Of a stretch of DNA of 64,000 nt, positions 49,467-64,000 are shown piece by piece. Position 1 is the stretch's first letter. Each line of letters opens with the position of its first letter. The notes beneath the pieces were generated by a model. That model saw only the letters and a list, made by a program, of their open reading frames with translations. It had not been told where the DNA came from and did no database searches. Origin of the DNA: the human T2T-CHM13v2.0 reference genome, Homo sapiens. The stretch spans positions 15,648,001-15,712,000 of the forward strand of contig CP068257.2 of NCBI GenBank assembly GCA_009914755.4. The letters run 5' to 3'. A program made the position numbers and the translations under genes.

Positions 49467-50478
49467 TCTGTATTAGTCAGGGTTCTCTAGAGGAACAGAA
49501 CGAGAGAATAGGTGTATATATAAAGGGGAGTTTATTAGGTAGTAATAACTCACACAATCACAACCTCCCACAATAGGTCATCTGCAAGCTGAGGAGCAAG
49601 GAAGCCAGCCTGAGTCCCAAAGCTGAAGAAATTGGAGTCCAATGTTCAAGGGCAGGAAGCATTCAGCACAGGAGAAATATATGTGCTGGAAGGCTAAACC
49701 AGTCTAGCCTTTTTATGTTTTTCTGCCTGCTTTATATCCTGGCTAAACTGACAGCTGATTAGATGGTGTCCACCCAAATTAAGGGTGGGTCTGCCTTTCC
49801 CAACCCACTGCCTCAAATGTTAATCTCCTTTGGCAGCACCATCATAGACACACCCAGGATCAATACTTTGCATCCTTCAGTCCAGTCAAGTTGATACTCT
49901 GTATTAATCATCACAGTATGTCTAAGAATGTGTCTTCATTCATTGTGCTGGGAACTCAGTGCAGTCTTTAATTGCAAGTTAAAATCACCTTGGATTTTTT
50001 ATTTGCTAATTTTGTCTACATCATTTTCTTTGTCATCTCTTTGTGGAATTCTTGGTAGCTTATTTTCGTCTCTTAGATTATGCATTTTAAATATTTTCTA
50101 CTTTCTGTTTAATTTATTTATGTCTTCCAAAGTGTCTACCAAATTGTTTTCTAGCAATATTTTAGCACCATCAGGATTCAGTACCTTGGACAGTTCTCTG
50201 GGTGACGATGTAATTCAGGGCACCAATTAGCATGCTGAGGGCCACAGACATCAAACCAGAGTGAGAGAGGAGAGAGAGTTTGAGTGGAAAAAAAAATAAT
50301 TGTTTGTGAGATCAGAAGACAATCTCAAGAACTTTCAAATAACCATGAGATATGGGGTAAAGCAGAAATTCTAATTTGATGGGCATCTATTATCTATCCA
50401 GCACTGTTTTCTAGGATTTCTCCACCAGCATCTCTGCTCCACTACACAAACATACACACACACACTCCCCAACATGAC

Positions 50479-52745
50479 TGATACAGTTTGGCTGTGTCTT
50501 CACTGAAATCTCAACTTGAATTGTATCTCCCAGAATTCCCACATGTTGTAGGAGGGACCCAGGAAGAGGTAATTGAATCATGGGGCCTGGTCTTTCCCAT
50601 GCTATTCTCGTGATAGTGAATAAGTTTCACGAGATCTGATGGGTTTATCAGGGGTTGTCGCTTTTGCTTCTTCCTCATTTTTCTCTTGGCACCACCATGT
50701 GAGAATTGTCTTTCACCTCCCACCATGATTCTGAGGCCTCCCCTGCCATGTGGAACTATAAGTCCAATGAAACCTCTTTTTGTTCCCAATTTTGTGTATG
50801 TCTTCATCAGCAGCATGAAAACAGACTAATACAGTAAATTGATACCAGTAGAGTAGAGCACTGCAGAAAAGTTACCCAAAAATGTGGAAGCGATTTTGGA
50901 ACTGGGTAACAGGCAGAGGTTGGAACATTTTGGAGAACTCAGAAGAAGACAGAAAAATGTGGGAAAGTTTGGAACTTCCTAGAGACTTGTTGAAGGGCTT
51001 TGCCCAAAATGCTGATAGTGATATGAACAATAAAATTCAGGCTGAGGTATTCTCAAATGGAGATGAGGAATTTGTTGGAAACTGGAGCAAAGGTGACTCT
51101 AGTTATGTTTTAGCAAAGAGACTGGTGGTATTTTGCCCCTGCCCTAGAGATTTGTGAAACTTTGAACTTGAGAGAGATGATTTAGGGTAACCAGTGAAAG
51201 AAATTTCTGAACAGCAAAGCATTCAAGAGGTAACTTGGGTGCTGTTAAAGGCATTCAGTTTTATAAGGGAAGCAGAGCATAAAAGCTTGGAAAATTTGCA
51301 GCCTGACTATGTGATAGAAAAAGAAAAACCCATTTTCTATGGAGAAATTCAAGCTAGCTGCAGAAATTTGCATAAACAGGAAGGAACCTAATGTTAATCC
51401 CCAAGACTATGGAGAAAATGTCTCCAGGCCATGTCAGAGAACTTCCTGGCAGCCTCTCCCACCACAGGCCTGGAGGACTAGGAGAAAAAAGTGGTTTTGT
51501 GGGCTAGGCCCAGGGTTCCTATGCTGTGTGCAGCCTAGGGATTTTGTCCCGTGTCCCAGCAGCTCCAGCCATGGCTGAAAGGGGCCAATGTGCAGCTCAG
51601 GCTGTGGCTTCAGAGGGTGGAAGCCCCAAGCCTTGGCAGCTTCCACGTGGTGTTGAGCATGCAGGTGTGCAGAAGTCAAGAACTGAGGTTTGGGAACCTC
51701 TGCCTAGATTTCAGAAGATGTATAAAAACCCCTGGATGCCCAGGCAACAGTTTGCTGCATAGGCAGGGCTCTCATGGAGAACCTCTGCTAGAGCAATGCA
51801 GAAGGGAAACATGAGGTCAGAGGACCCACACAGAGTCCCTACTGGGGCACTGCCTAGTGGAGCTGTGAGAAGAGGGCCACCATCCTCCAGACCCCAGAAT
51901 GGTAGATCCACTGACAGCTTACACCACAAACCTGGAAAAGCCATAGACACTCAATGCCAGCCTGTGAAAGCAGCCAAAAGGGAGTCTGTACACTGCAAAG
52001 CCACAGGGATGAAGCTGCCCAAGACCATGGGAACCCACCTCTTGCATCAGTGTGACATGGATATGAGACCTGGAGTCAAAGGAGATCATCTTGGAGATTT
52101 AAAATTTGATTTCCCTGCTGGATTTTAGACTTGCATGGGCCCTGTAGCCCTTTTGTTTTGGCCAAATTCTCCCATTTGGAATGGCTGTATTTACCCAATA
52201 CCTGTACCCCATTGTATGTAGGAAGTAACTAGCTTGCTTTTGATTTTACAGGCTCATAGGCAGAAAGGACTTGCCTTGTCTCAGACAGGACTTTGAACTG
52301 TGGACTTTTGGGTTAATGCTGAAATGAGTTAAGATTTTGGGGTACTGTTAGGAAGGCATGGTAGGTTTTGAAATGTGAGGACACGAGATTTGGAGGGGCA
52401 AGAGGTAGAATAATATGGTTTGGCTGTGTCCCTACCAAAATCTCAACTTGAATTTATCTCCCAGAATTCCCACATGTTATGGGAGGGACCCAGGGGGAGG
52501 TAATTGAATCATGGGGGCCAGTCTTTGCCATTCTATTCTCATGATAGAAGTCTCACAAGATCTGATGTGTTTATCAGGGATTTCTGCTTTTGCTTCTTCC
52601 TCATTTTTCTCTTGCCGCCATCATGTAAGAAGTGACTTTCACCTCTCGCCATGATTCTGAGGCCTCCCCAGCCATGTGGAACTGTAATTCCAATGAAACC
52701 TCTTTGGGATTGTCTTTATCAGCAGTATGAAAACAGACTAATACA
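50479..52745 (+). mobile_element. Complete THE1/MST-type MaLR element: LTRs at 50479-50842 and 52411-52745, a non-coding internal region of about 1.57 kb, and a 5-bp ATGAC duplication at 50474-50478 and 52746-52750
   Basis: The LTRs begin tgatacagtttggctgtgtc / taatatggtttggctgtgtcc, contain ..cccacatgtt.t.ggagggacccag..ggtaattgaatcatgggg.., and end ..cagcag.atgaaaacagactaataca. Confidence 0.8.
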
Positions 52746-54829
52746 ATGACTATGACTCAATAAGTTACCATGTTCCTCGAGCTCTGCCTCATCACACTGT
52801 TGACCTCAGTTGATTAATTCAGAGGTGAATATCTGACCAAGACGAGTTCATCAGTTCCCTTTCCAATGATTTTTTAAAATAAGCTATTTATTTTAGAATT
52901 ATTTTAGATTTATGGAATATCTGTGGAGATAGTGTACACTACACCCACAACTAATTTCTCCTGTTATTAATATCTTACACTATTATGGTACACTTCTTAT
53001 AGTTAATTAACCAATATTTATATATTAAGATACCCCTTTTTTGATTACCTTGATGCTTTTGAGAAGTATTGATCAGGTATTTTTGAAAAGTCCCTCAGTT
53101 GGAACTTATCTGACGTTTCTTTCATGGTTAGACTGGGGTTATGAGTTTTGGGAAGAAAGACTATAGAGATCAACTGTCATTCTCAACAAATCATATCAAG
53201 GTACTCCACTATCATCATGAATTATCACTGTTGATGTTAATTTTGATCACCTTGCTGAAGTAGTGTTTGTCAGCTTTCTTCACTATAAAGTTATTCTTTT
53301 CCTCCTTCAATAATGTAGAATTTGAAAGGAAGTTGCTATGTGCAGCCCACACTTAAGGAGTGTGGAGTTATGTTCCACCTTCTTAAGGACCTACTATCTA
53401 CATAAACTTTTTGAAATTTTTCTGCACAGGAGATTTTCCTCATCTTCTCCATTCATTTATTTATTTAGTCATTTATTTGTATTAGCAGGGATTCATAAAT
53501 ATTTATTTTATACTTTGGGCTATAATTCAATGATACTTTATTTGGTTGCTCAAGTTATTCTAGCTTTGGCCACAGGCAGCTCCTGCCCCAAAGATTTTTA
53601 AAATTGTAATAAGAAACCAATCAGCCTCTGTCTCTAGATGACTAAACCTATTTTTATCTAAAACTCGAAAGCTGTTGGAAACCAATTTTTTTCTACCAGA
53701 GTATAAATATGATGGAACCAATTATGCAGAGAGAAAATAATGTAAAGTAAGAAGCCCAGAAAAGAAGCAAAAGCACACACCCTTATTCCCTCCCAATTCT
53801 TTAGTTAGATCCACATCCTGGGAAGTCCTGTTGTCCTATTCTGAGGTTTTGTGTGCCATTCCAGTTTCTGCATACAAAATATCTCTTTTTCTTTAAATTG
53901 GATCCATCTATTCAACCTGAAGAGTTCAAACAGCTACAAGAAGAAACTGCATTATTTGGGTGGGGACACAGGCGAGGAGATTTCCAGTAGTGGTTATTAA
54001 TATCATTCATTGAAACCTAGAGACCCAGGGTTCAGTTGCATTTCCGACAGTCCCTGGCTTGTTCCTGCCATCCTTGGCACTGCCCAAGAGGCCTCTGATG
54101 ATGACTGCCACTGATATGCTCAGCTCTGTCCACCTCTGGGATTAATGAGATCTTTGTCTGAGTTCCCTGGCCTGCCAGCTCCTCTTCTGTTGCTCCCATC
54201 AGTTTTACACCTTTCATTCTTCCTATCTCCACCTTGCCTACCCACTCCACCCAACTTTCTTTTTCCTGTAGTAGTTTTACTACAGGATCTGCTTCAATTC
54301 CTGGTGGAAAGTCACGTTGGTACTTAGTGTTTGGACAGTATATTATACATTATAATGACAGTATAAGATTTGTAGACAAATATCATTCCACTTTAAGAGT
54401 AAGTTTTAAGGTAGATATTATTCCAATATCTCGAATTAGAAAACTAGAAAATTTCAAATTAGAAAACTATCATTCATACTCATTGAGTCCTCTTTCACAT
54501 AGTGAAAGCGAGTTTCAACCAAGGTTTTGACTCCAACTACTGTGCTCATTCCACAATACTATACCGCATGCATTAAAAGAGTGACAAGTTAAGCTGCATT
54601 CTTATTCTTTGATTGAAGGAAATATCTAGTGACCTTACGAGGCAGCCTTCTTAGTATAGCCAAGAAAACCATCGGGTCTGTATGTGCAACCAACCTAATG
54701 TTCATATAGATCATCATTTTACCGATATGGTGAAGGTAAATTACTCCTTTTACATATTACAGTAGTTATGAGGAAGCTAAAGGAATAATCTGATTTCATT
54801 TCTATAAATGTATGGGGTAGGACAGCAAT

Positions 54830-56900
<2,071 letters not shown>

Positions 56901-57189
56901 TATGTTGATCGTGTATACTGGAACAATCTTATTGATTGTTGTTAATGATGTGTAATAACCACTGAAAACATGATTCCAACTTTATCTTTAAACTATAACT
57001 CAAAACAATGATAGATATTTTAAGAATTAGACCGATTTTTTGTCATTGGAAGCTAAAAATCAGCTTTATCTAGAAGGTGTAAAAAACACTTTAGTACAAA
57101 CCTACCTAGATTGGGAAATTTACCGGAACTCATTTATTCAATAGTTATGCATATTTCAAATAAAGCTGCCATTTTTTTTTATTTCTGCT

Positions 57190-57730
57190 TTTATAAACTA
57201 CCACAAACTTAGCAGCTTAAAACAGCATAAGTTTATTATCTTACCATTGTGGAGGTCAGAAATTTAACATGGGTCTCACTGGACTAAAATCCAGTGCTGT
57301 GTCTCTTTCCGGAGGCTCTAGGGGAGGATTCATTTCCTCGCTCATTCAGATTGTCAGCAGAATTCAGTTCTTCGTGTTGTAGGACATAAATCTCTATTTC
57401 TTTACTGGCTGTCAGCGAGGACTTTCCATCTTCTAGAGGCCATGGCATTCCTTAGCTCAGGGCTCCCTTCCCCATTTCAAAACCAGTAATAGTGGGCAGA
57501 GGCCTTCCAAAGCCTCAAATCTCTCTTCCTTCCATCTCATCCCCCGACACAGCCAGGAAAATTTACCCACTTTTAAGGACTCATACGATTATGTTGGGCC
57601 CACATAGATAATCCAAGATAATACCCCCATTTTGACATCTGTTCCTTTCATCACAACCACAAAGCCTCCTTTGCCATGTAAGGTAATGTATTCACATGTT
57701 CAAGACATTCAGGGGTGGGCATATTTGGGG
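57190..57730 (+). mobile_element. Ancient LTR-like repeat (MaLR MLT1-type?)
   Basis: ttataaactaccacaaacttagcagcttaaaacagcataagtttattatcttaccattgtggaggtcagaaatttaacatgggtctcactggactaaaatc..ctttgccatgtaaggtaatgtattcacatgttcaagacattcaggggtgggcatatttggggg. The family name is from memory only. Confidence 0.4.
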
Positions 57731-59428
57731 GCTATTATTCTGCCTACCACAGTTACCATACCACTGCAACTTTCAACCACATAAACTATTATAGTAATTT
57801 AAACTCCTCACATTAATCTGCTGCATTATAATAAACAGCAATGCCTTAAATGTTTTTCCCCATTTTGAATTTTTTCTTAATTTTCTTCTCAAGAAAAAAT
57901 TTGTGCTGTGTCCATAAAATTTAGCAAACGAATATATACAATAATTTCATTCACAATGAATTTTATAAACCATTTTCATGAACAAATACATTTAACAAGT
58001 TCTATTTGCTTTCTTTTCATTTCCTCATACAACCATCCACTGACTTAATTTGATTTCATAGAGATTTAGGGCTGCTTTCTCTCTTCTTGAATGTTGAAAT
58101 TATGCTTTCACAGTAGATAGGCTTTCTGAGGAATAAGAATCACTTGTGCTTTTTTCTATGTGAGGAAATTAGAATTTTCAGCTTCACCAGAGATTATTTC
58201 ATCCTTGAACAGTGACTAGTTAGCTTTCAATAATGAGATCTGACTCCCACTCAATCTAAATAAAACATTTAAAATACTACTTAATTAACAATAAAATGAT
58301 TTTTCCAGTAACCAATTTCCTAGCAAATGCACTATATAAATATCAAGTTCTCCTTTTCTCTGCCAATACTTAGCAACTTAACTTCTGTATTAGAAAGGTC
58401 AGAAGAAATGAGAGATGCAATTTAAAATCAGTTGGTATTCCTATAAACTTTTTAATAGTGCTGGTAAAGAATGGGTTCTAATTTATAATTATAATATGTG
58501 GTTTAAACAATGCTTCTCCTTCTTTTTTAGCTTTTTCCTCAAGTCCATGAAAAGGCCTACTAAGTCTAATTACTTATGCCTCTCTTTGTTTTCTTCTTTC
58601 CTATTATCTTAGGCACAACCAGCTTCAAATATCACGTCTATGCAGGTAACTCAAGTCCGTGTTGCCATACTATCAAATGACCTATTTTACATTCCTATCA
58701 AAGATGCATTTAAATACTTCCTATTGACTCAAAATCAAAATACTGAAACTTTAGTCATTAATCCCATGATCTTCATAATTATTGTCCTTAAAACACTGAA
58801 GAGCGAAAACACAAAGGGGATAGAAAAAGAACTTTTCAGTGGAATGCCTGAGAAATTAAAGGATGTGACACATTTGATCATGTGGTGTTGAAAAGTGAAT
58901 CGGGATCATGGGGATCATTGTGGATGGGAAGCAGGACTAGACTGCAGCTCTGACTCAGACAGAGCAGTGTGTGGAGGCTTGTATCATGAATTTTTGCTCC
59001 AGAACAACTACAGTAATAAACCAGGAAAACTGGGAAGATCCACAGACCCCCTGAAGAAAGCAAATTGCTCTTGCAGGACCTGGGAGACACCCTAAATATT
59101 GTGAGTGCCCAAACTGTGGAAGTGGGAAAGGGAGATTGCCTGCCCCCGAACACACAACCCCCACTGGGGAAACTGAAAGTCTAGAATATGGGAGAAGATT
59201 TTGACCTTACCTGGAGCTGAGTCAATTTAGAGAGCTGAGTGAAATACAGGGGTAGTGGAAGCAGCAGGAAAAGCCCTGGGAGTTCACTGGGTCCCCTAGC
59301 AAGCCACTTTTCCCTGGCCTCACAGGGGTCCTTCGTGGGAGCAGCCAGAGACACTGGGAAGAGGTCACAGGAAGAAGGAAATCTCCAGCTGAACTCTGTA
59401 ACAATTTGAACTCATCAAGAAGCTTCCT

Positions 59429-59680
59429 ACTTTGGGAAGCCCAGGTGGGCGGATCACGAGGTCAGGAGATGGAGACCATCCTGGCTAACACACTGAAAAG
59501 AAATACAAAAAAATTAGCCGGGTGTGGTAGCGGGCACCTGTAGTCCCAGCTAATAGGGAGGCTGAGGCAGAAGAATGGTGTGAACCCGGGAGGCGGAGCT
59601 TGCAGTGGCCCAGATCACTCCACTGCACTCCAGCCTGGGTGACAGGGCAAGACTCCATCAGAAAAAAAAAAAAAAAAAAA
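59429..59680 (+). mobile_element. 5'-truncated AluY-like element with a poly(A) tail and an AAGCTTCCT duplication
   Basis: actttgggaagcccaggtgggcggatcacgaggtcaggagatggagaccatcc..gactccatcagaaaaaaaaaaaaaaaaaaa. The flanks read agaagcttcct| and |gcttcctggc. Confidence 0.9.
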
Positions 59681-61292
59681 GCTTCCTGGCTAGAACTCAG
59701 GGGAGGGCATGAATCCAATGTGCAGACTCCACATGTGGGGTAAGAAGGAAAGCCATATTTGCATTTGCAGCTGGGAGGTGGGTAACCTGGGGCAAGTTAT
59801 CAGCCATGCTCACCCACTGCCTACAAACAGACTCGGTGCTGTTGGGAAGGGGCAAGATGGGAGAGAGACCAGCCCTTCAAATTTTGTGTGGGAGCTGGGT
59901 GAGGCCTGTGACTGCCAGCTTTCCCCTGCTTCCCTGACAACTCACTACTGTGCATGACACAGTACAGACAGTCATAATCCTCCTAGGAACAGAACTCCAT
60001 TGACCTGGGAACCTCATCCTCATTCCCCACAGCAGCTGAAGCAAGACCCACCCAGGCAGAGTCTGAGCTCAGACATGCCCAGCCCTGCCCCCACACAATT
60101 GTCCTTCCCTACCCAACCTGGTAACTGCAGACAAAGGGCCATATACTCTTGGGAGTTCTAGGGCCCCCACCCACCACCTGTTTCTCTCCATACTACCACA
60201 GCTGATGCTCTCTGGAAAGCACCACCTCCTGGCAGGAGGCCAACCAGCACAAAAATAGTGCAATAAACCAACAAAGCCAAGTACCCTCGCAGAGCCCATT
60301 TTACTCCCCCACCACCTCCACCAGAGCATACGCTGGTATCAATGGCTGAGAGACCCACAGACGGTTCACATCACAGGCCTCTATGCAGACAACCCCCAGT
60401 ACCAGCCCAGAGCCTGGTAGACTTGCTGGATGGCTAGATCCAGGAGAGAGATAACAATCTCCACAGCTCAGCTCTCAGTAAACCACATCCCTAAGAAAAG
60501 GGGGAGAGTACTACATCAAGGCAACACCCCATGGGACAAAAGAATCTGAACAACAGCCTTCAGCCCTAGACCTTCCCTCTGACAGAGCCTACCCAAATGA
60601 GAAGGAACCAGAAAACCAACTCTGGTAATATGACAAAATGAGATTCTTTAACACCTCCAAAAAAATCACATTAGCTCACCATCAGTGGACTCAAACCATG
60701 TAGAAATCCCCAATTTACCTGAAAAAGAATTCAGAAGGTTAATTATTAAGCTAATCAGGGAGGCACCAGAGAAAGGTGAAGCCCAATCTAAGGAACTACA
60801 AAAAGTGATACAAGAAGTGAACACAGAAATATTCAAGGAAATAGGTAACATAAATAAACAACAATCAAAACTTCAGGAAAGAATGGACACACTTATAGAA
60901 ATGCAAAATACTCTGGAAAGTCTCAGCAAGAGAATTGAACAAGTAGAAGAAAGAAATTCAGAGCTCAAAGACAGGGTCTTCGAATTAACCCAATCCAACA
61001 AAGACAAAGATAAAAGCATAAGAAAATATGAACAAAGCCTCCAAGAAGTCTGGGATTATGTTAAATGACCAAACCTGAGAATAATTCATGTTCCTGAAGA
61101 ACAGGAACCTAAGAAGAGAAATCTAAAAGTCTGGAAAACATAGTTGGGGGAATAATTAAGAAAAACTTACCCAGCCTTGCTAGAAGCCTAGACATCCAAA
61201 TACAAGAAGCACAAAGAACACCTGGAAAATTCATCACAGAAAGATCATTGCCTAGCCACTTTGTCATCAGGTTATCTAAAGTTAAGACAAAG

Positions 61293-61783
61293 TGAGAGGT
61301 GAAGCCAGCTGAACTTCCTGGGTCGAGTGGGGACTTGGAGAACTTTTCTGTCTTACAAGAGGATTGTAAAATGCACCAATTAGCACTCTGTAGCTAGGAT
61401 TGCAAAATGCACCAATCAGTGCTCTGTGGCTAGCTACAGGTTTGTAAAATGGATCAATCAGCACTCTGTAAAATGGACCAATCAGCACTCTATAAAATGG
61501 ACCAATCAGCACTCTGTAAAATGGACCAATAAGCAGGACATGGGTGGGGACAAATAAGGGAATAAAAGCTGGCCACCCCCAGCCAGCAGCAGCAACTTTC
61601 TCGGGTCCCCTTCCATGCTGTGGAAGCTTTGTTCTTTTGTTCTTCACAATAAATCTTGCTACTGCTCACTCTTTGGGTCCATGCCACCTTTAAGAGCTGT
61701 AACACTCACCACGAAGGTCCACGGCTTCATTCTTGAAATCAGTGAGACCAAGAACCCATCAGAAGGAACCAACTCTGGACACA
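61293..61783 (+). mobile_element. Solo LTR12-type LTR (6 CCAAT-box units, a TATA-like aataaaagctggcc, AATAAA at 61650) inserted in L1 ORF1, with a 4-bp AAAG duplication at 61289-61292 and 61784-61787
   Basis: It starts TGAGAGGTGAAGCCAGCTG and ends GGACACA like both proviral LTRs. L1 ORF1 sequence resumes immediately after. Confidence 0.85.
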
Positions 61784-63171
61784 AAAGGAAAGAATCTTAA
61801 GAGCTGTGAGACAAAATCACCAGGTAACCTATAAAGGAAAACCTATCAGGTTAACAGCAGATTTCTCAACAGAAACCCTACAAGCTAGAAGGAATTGAGG
61901 CCCTATTTTAAGCTTCCTCAAAAAAAAAAAAATTATCATGTAGGAATTTTGTATCCAGTGAAAACTAAGCTTCATATATGAAGGAAAGATACAGTCTTTT
62001 TCAGACAAACAAATGCTGAGATAATTCAACACTACCAAACCACCACTACAAGAACTGCTTAAAGGAGCTCTAAATCTTGAAACAAATCATGGAAACACAT
62101 CAAAACAGAACCTCTTTAAAGCATAAATCTCACAGGACCTATAAAACAAAAATACAATTATAAAAAGAAAACAAGACATACAGGCAACAAATAGCATGAT
62201 GAATGGAATGATACCTCACATCTCAATACTAACATTGAATGTAAGTGGCCTAATGCTCCACTTAAAAGATACAGAATTGCAGAATGAATAAGAATTCACC
62301 AAACCATCTGCTGCCTTCAAGAGACTCACCTAACACATAAGGACTCACATAAACTTAAGATAAAGGGATGGAAAAAGATATTCCATGCAAATGGACACCA
62401 AAAATGAGCAGGAGTAGCTATTCTTATATCAAACAAAACAAACTTTAAAGCAACAGAGGTTAAAAAAGACAAAGAGGAACATTATATAATGATTAAAAGC
62501 CTTGTCCAACAGGAAAATACCACAATCCTAAACATACATGCACCTAACTCTGGAGCTCCCAAATTTATAAAACAATTACTAATATACCTAAGAAATGAGA
62601 TAGGCAGGAACACAATAATAGTGGGAGACTTCAATACTCCACTGACAGCACTACACAGGTCCAGACAGAAACTCAACAAAGAAACAAAGGATTTAAGTTA
62701 CACCCTGGAACAAATGGACTTAACAGATATATACAGAACATTTCATCCAACAACGGTAGAATATACATTCTATTCAACAGTGCATGGAACTTTCTCCAAG
62801 ATAGACAATATTATACACAATATATAGACAATATAAATTTAGGAAAATTGAAATTATATCAGGCACTCTCAGACCACAGTGGAATAAAACTGGAAATCAA
62901 CTCCAAAAGGAACCTTCAAAACCATGCAAATACATGGAAATTAAATAACATGCTCCTGAATGATCACTGGGTCACAAATGAAATGAAGATGGAAATTTAA
63001 AATTTTTTCTAACTGAACGACAATAGTGACACAACCTACCAAAACCTCTGGGACACAGCAAAGGCAGTGCTAAGAGGTAAGTTTATATCCCTAAAGGCCT
63101 ACATCAAAAAGTCTGAAAGAGCACAAACACATAATCTAAGGTCACACCTCAAGGAACCAGAAAAACAAACT

Positions 63172-63232
63172 TGACCTTAGGTAATCTGCCCACCTCAGCC
63201 TCCCAAAGTGCTGGGATTACACGCAATTCCTT
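63172..63232 (-). mobile_element. Short Alu fragment, minus strand
   Basis: ggtaatctgcccacctcagcctcccaaagtgctgggattaca. Confidence 0.8.
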
Positions 63233-63288
63233 TCCATATGATTCGTCCCATAGGGCAACATGGCAGCTGGCTTCTTCCAGAATAAATG

Positions 63289-63335
63289 ATGTGAGAGAGA
63301 GAGAGGAGAGAGAGAGAGAAGGAGAAAGACAGAAT
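63289..63335. repeat. (GA)n-type simple repeat
   Basis: gtgagagagagagaggagagagagagagaaggagaaag. Confidence 0.85.
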
Positions 63336-64000
63336 GCAACCACAAAAAAATAAAATAAAATTTGTTCAAATATATTATGTGGCTCACAGCCTTTGAGCGG
63401 GCCAGTGGGTTCATCCTGGAAATGCCACTGGCAAAAAAAGCACACGAATCAGTAGAACTTCCCCCATAGAGATGTCTCAGATGGCAAACTGGGTACAGAC
63501 GCTAAAACAGAATCTTTATCACCGATTCCCCTAAAAACCTGATGCCACCATTTGCTTTGCCAGAAAAGAATGGATTCTGCATGGGATCTGATCTTCAACT
63601 TCTACTGTTTCATATCAACATCGTAAGTGCCTCACTAGTGAAGCAATTGCCTATATCCTAAGTACAAAAAGAGGCTGGTAAAATTAATTTCTGGTATCTA
63701 TCTTGGGGAGGATAACTTCCCAATATAATATGGAAATTTTTCCAAACTAAATTAGGGTATTCCAAAGATTCTGGGCAATAACAAAGCCCGAGAGTGTACA
63801 CTACCCTTGCCCACTTAGGTTCCCAAAGTCAGCCAATTCCCTCTTCTATATTTAAACTTGTAAACAGCAGCAATAAATTTAAGTACTAAGATAATCCACT
63901 CTCTCGTCTACAATTGAAAATGGATGCACCTCCCCAATGGAGAATCAATTTTTAAATCATATATGTATATATGATGAGATTTATAAACATACGGATGACA

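Larger units (their letters stand above)
46426..49915 (-). mobile_element. HERV-L (ERV-L, class III) provirus remnant on the minus strand. MLT2-type LTRs sit at 46426-46870 and 49468-49915. The internal region is reduced to about 2.6 kb. A 5-bp GTATG duplication lies at 46421-46425 and 49916-49920.
   Basis: There are two about-445-bp copies of the same LTR whose reverse complements start with TGTGATGATTAATACAG and end with ..CTGACTAATACA. The internal minus-strand ORFs encode a retroviral integrase and a dUTPase. Confidence 0.7.
58890..63170 (+). mobile_element. Old L1 (L1PB/L1MA-like): 5'UTR, ORF1 (60685-61290 and 61790 onward) and ORF2 EN (62200-63170), interrupted by an Alu and a solo LTR12
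   Basis: ORF1-like 60685-61068 (..ELQKVIQEVNTEIFKEIGNINKQQSKLQERMDTLIEMQNTLESLSKRIEQVEERNSELKDRVFELTQS..). ORF2 EN at 62489-62827 (..ILNIHAPNSGAPKFIKQLL..IVGDFNTPL..). The 5' boundary is uncertain. Confidence 0.7.

Overview
This window reads as human (catarrhine primate) DNA that is almost entirely nested interspersed repeats. I found no intact cellular protein-coding gene, no tRNA or rRNA gene, no CRISPR array and no prokaryote-style gene system. I see nothing here that supports an 'undescribed biological system', and I say so plainly. All calls below are by eye against canonical L1, Alu, LTR12, MLT2 and THE1 sequence and from ORF translations; no database search was possible.

Main blocks:
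- An old 5'-truncated L1 (190-2995, continuing at 14722-15195) split by an 11.7-kb insertion. The insertion is bounded by an 11-12 bp target-site duplication and ends in AATAAA plus poly(A).
- That insertion begins with a GPR157-like N-terminal pseudogene fragment (3156-3535).
- The insertion was itself invaded by a near full-length HERV9 provirus (3869-13787) with LTR12-type LTRs and a 4-bp CAAG duplication. It keeps recognisable gag (MA/CA/NC), pro, pol (RT with YVDD, RNase H, IN) and env (ISD and CX6CC) reading frames.
- The HERV9 env was then hit by a young L1 3' fragment (12355-13121, minus strand) with L1HS pre-Ta-like diagnostics and a 17-bp duplication.
- Downstream lie an older full-length L1PA (15241-21990), further L1PB/L1MA-type elements with nested Alus (to about 32950), and a full-length L1PA2/3-like element (34414-40463) with a 14-bp duplication and both ORFs broken.
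- Further on: a minus-strand HERV-L remnant (46426-49915) with MLT2-type LTRs, a GTATG duplication, a Leu-type PBS and integrase plus dUTPase remnants.
- Then a complete THE1/MST-type MaLR element (50479-52745, ATGAC duplication), a minus-strand L1 with a nested Alu (54830-56900), and another old L1 (about 58890-63170) carrying a 5'-truncated Alu and a solo LTR12 (61293-61783).

The most useful observations are the nested insertion chronology, the asymmetry between the two HERV9 LTRs, and the possibly human-specific L1 fragment inside env.
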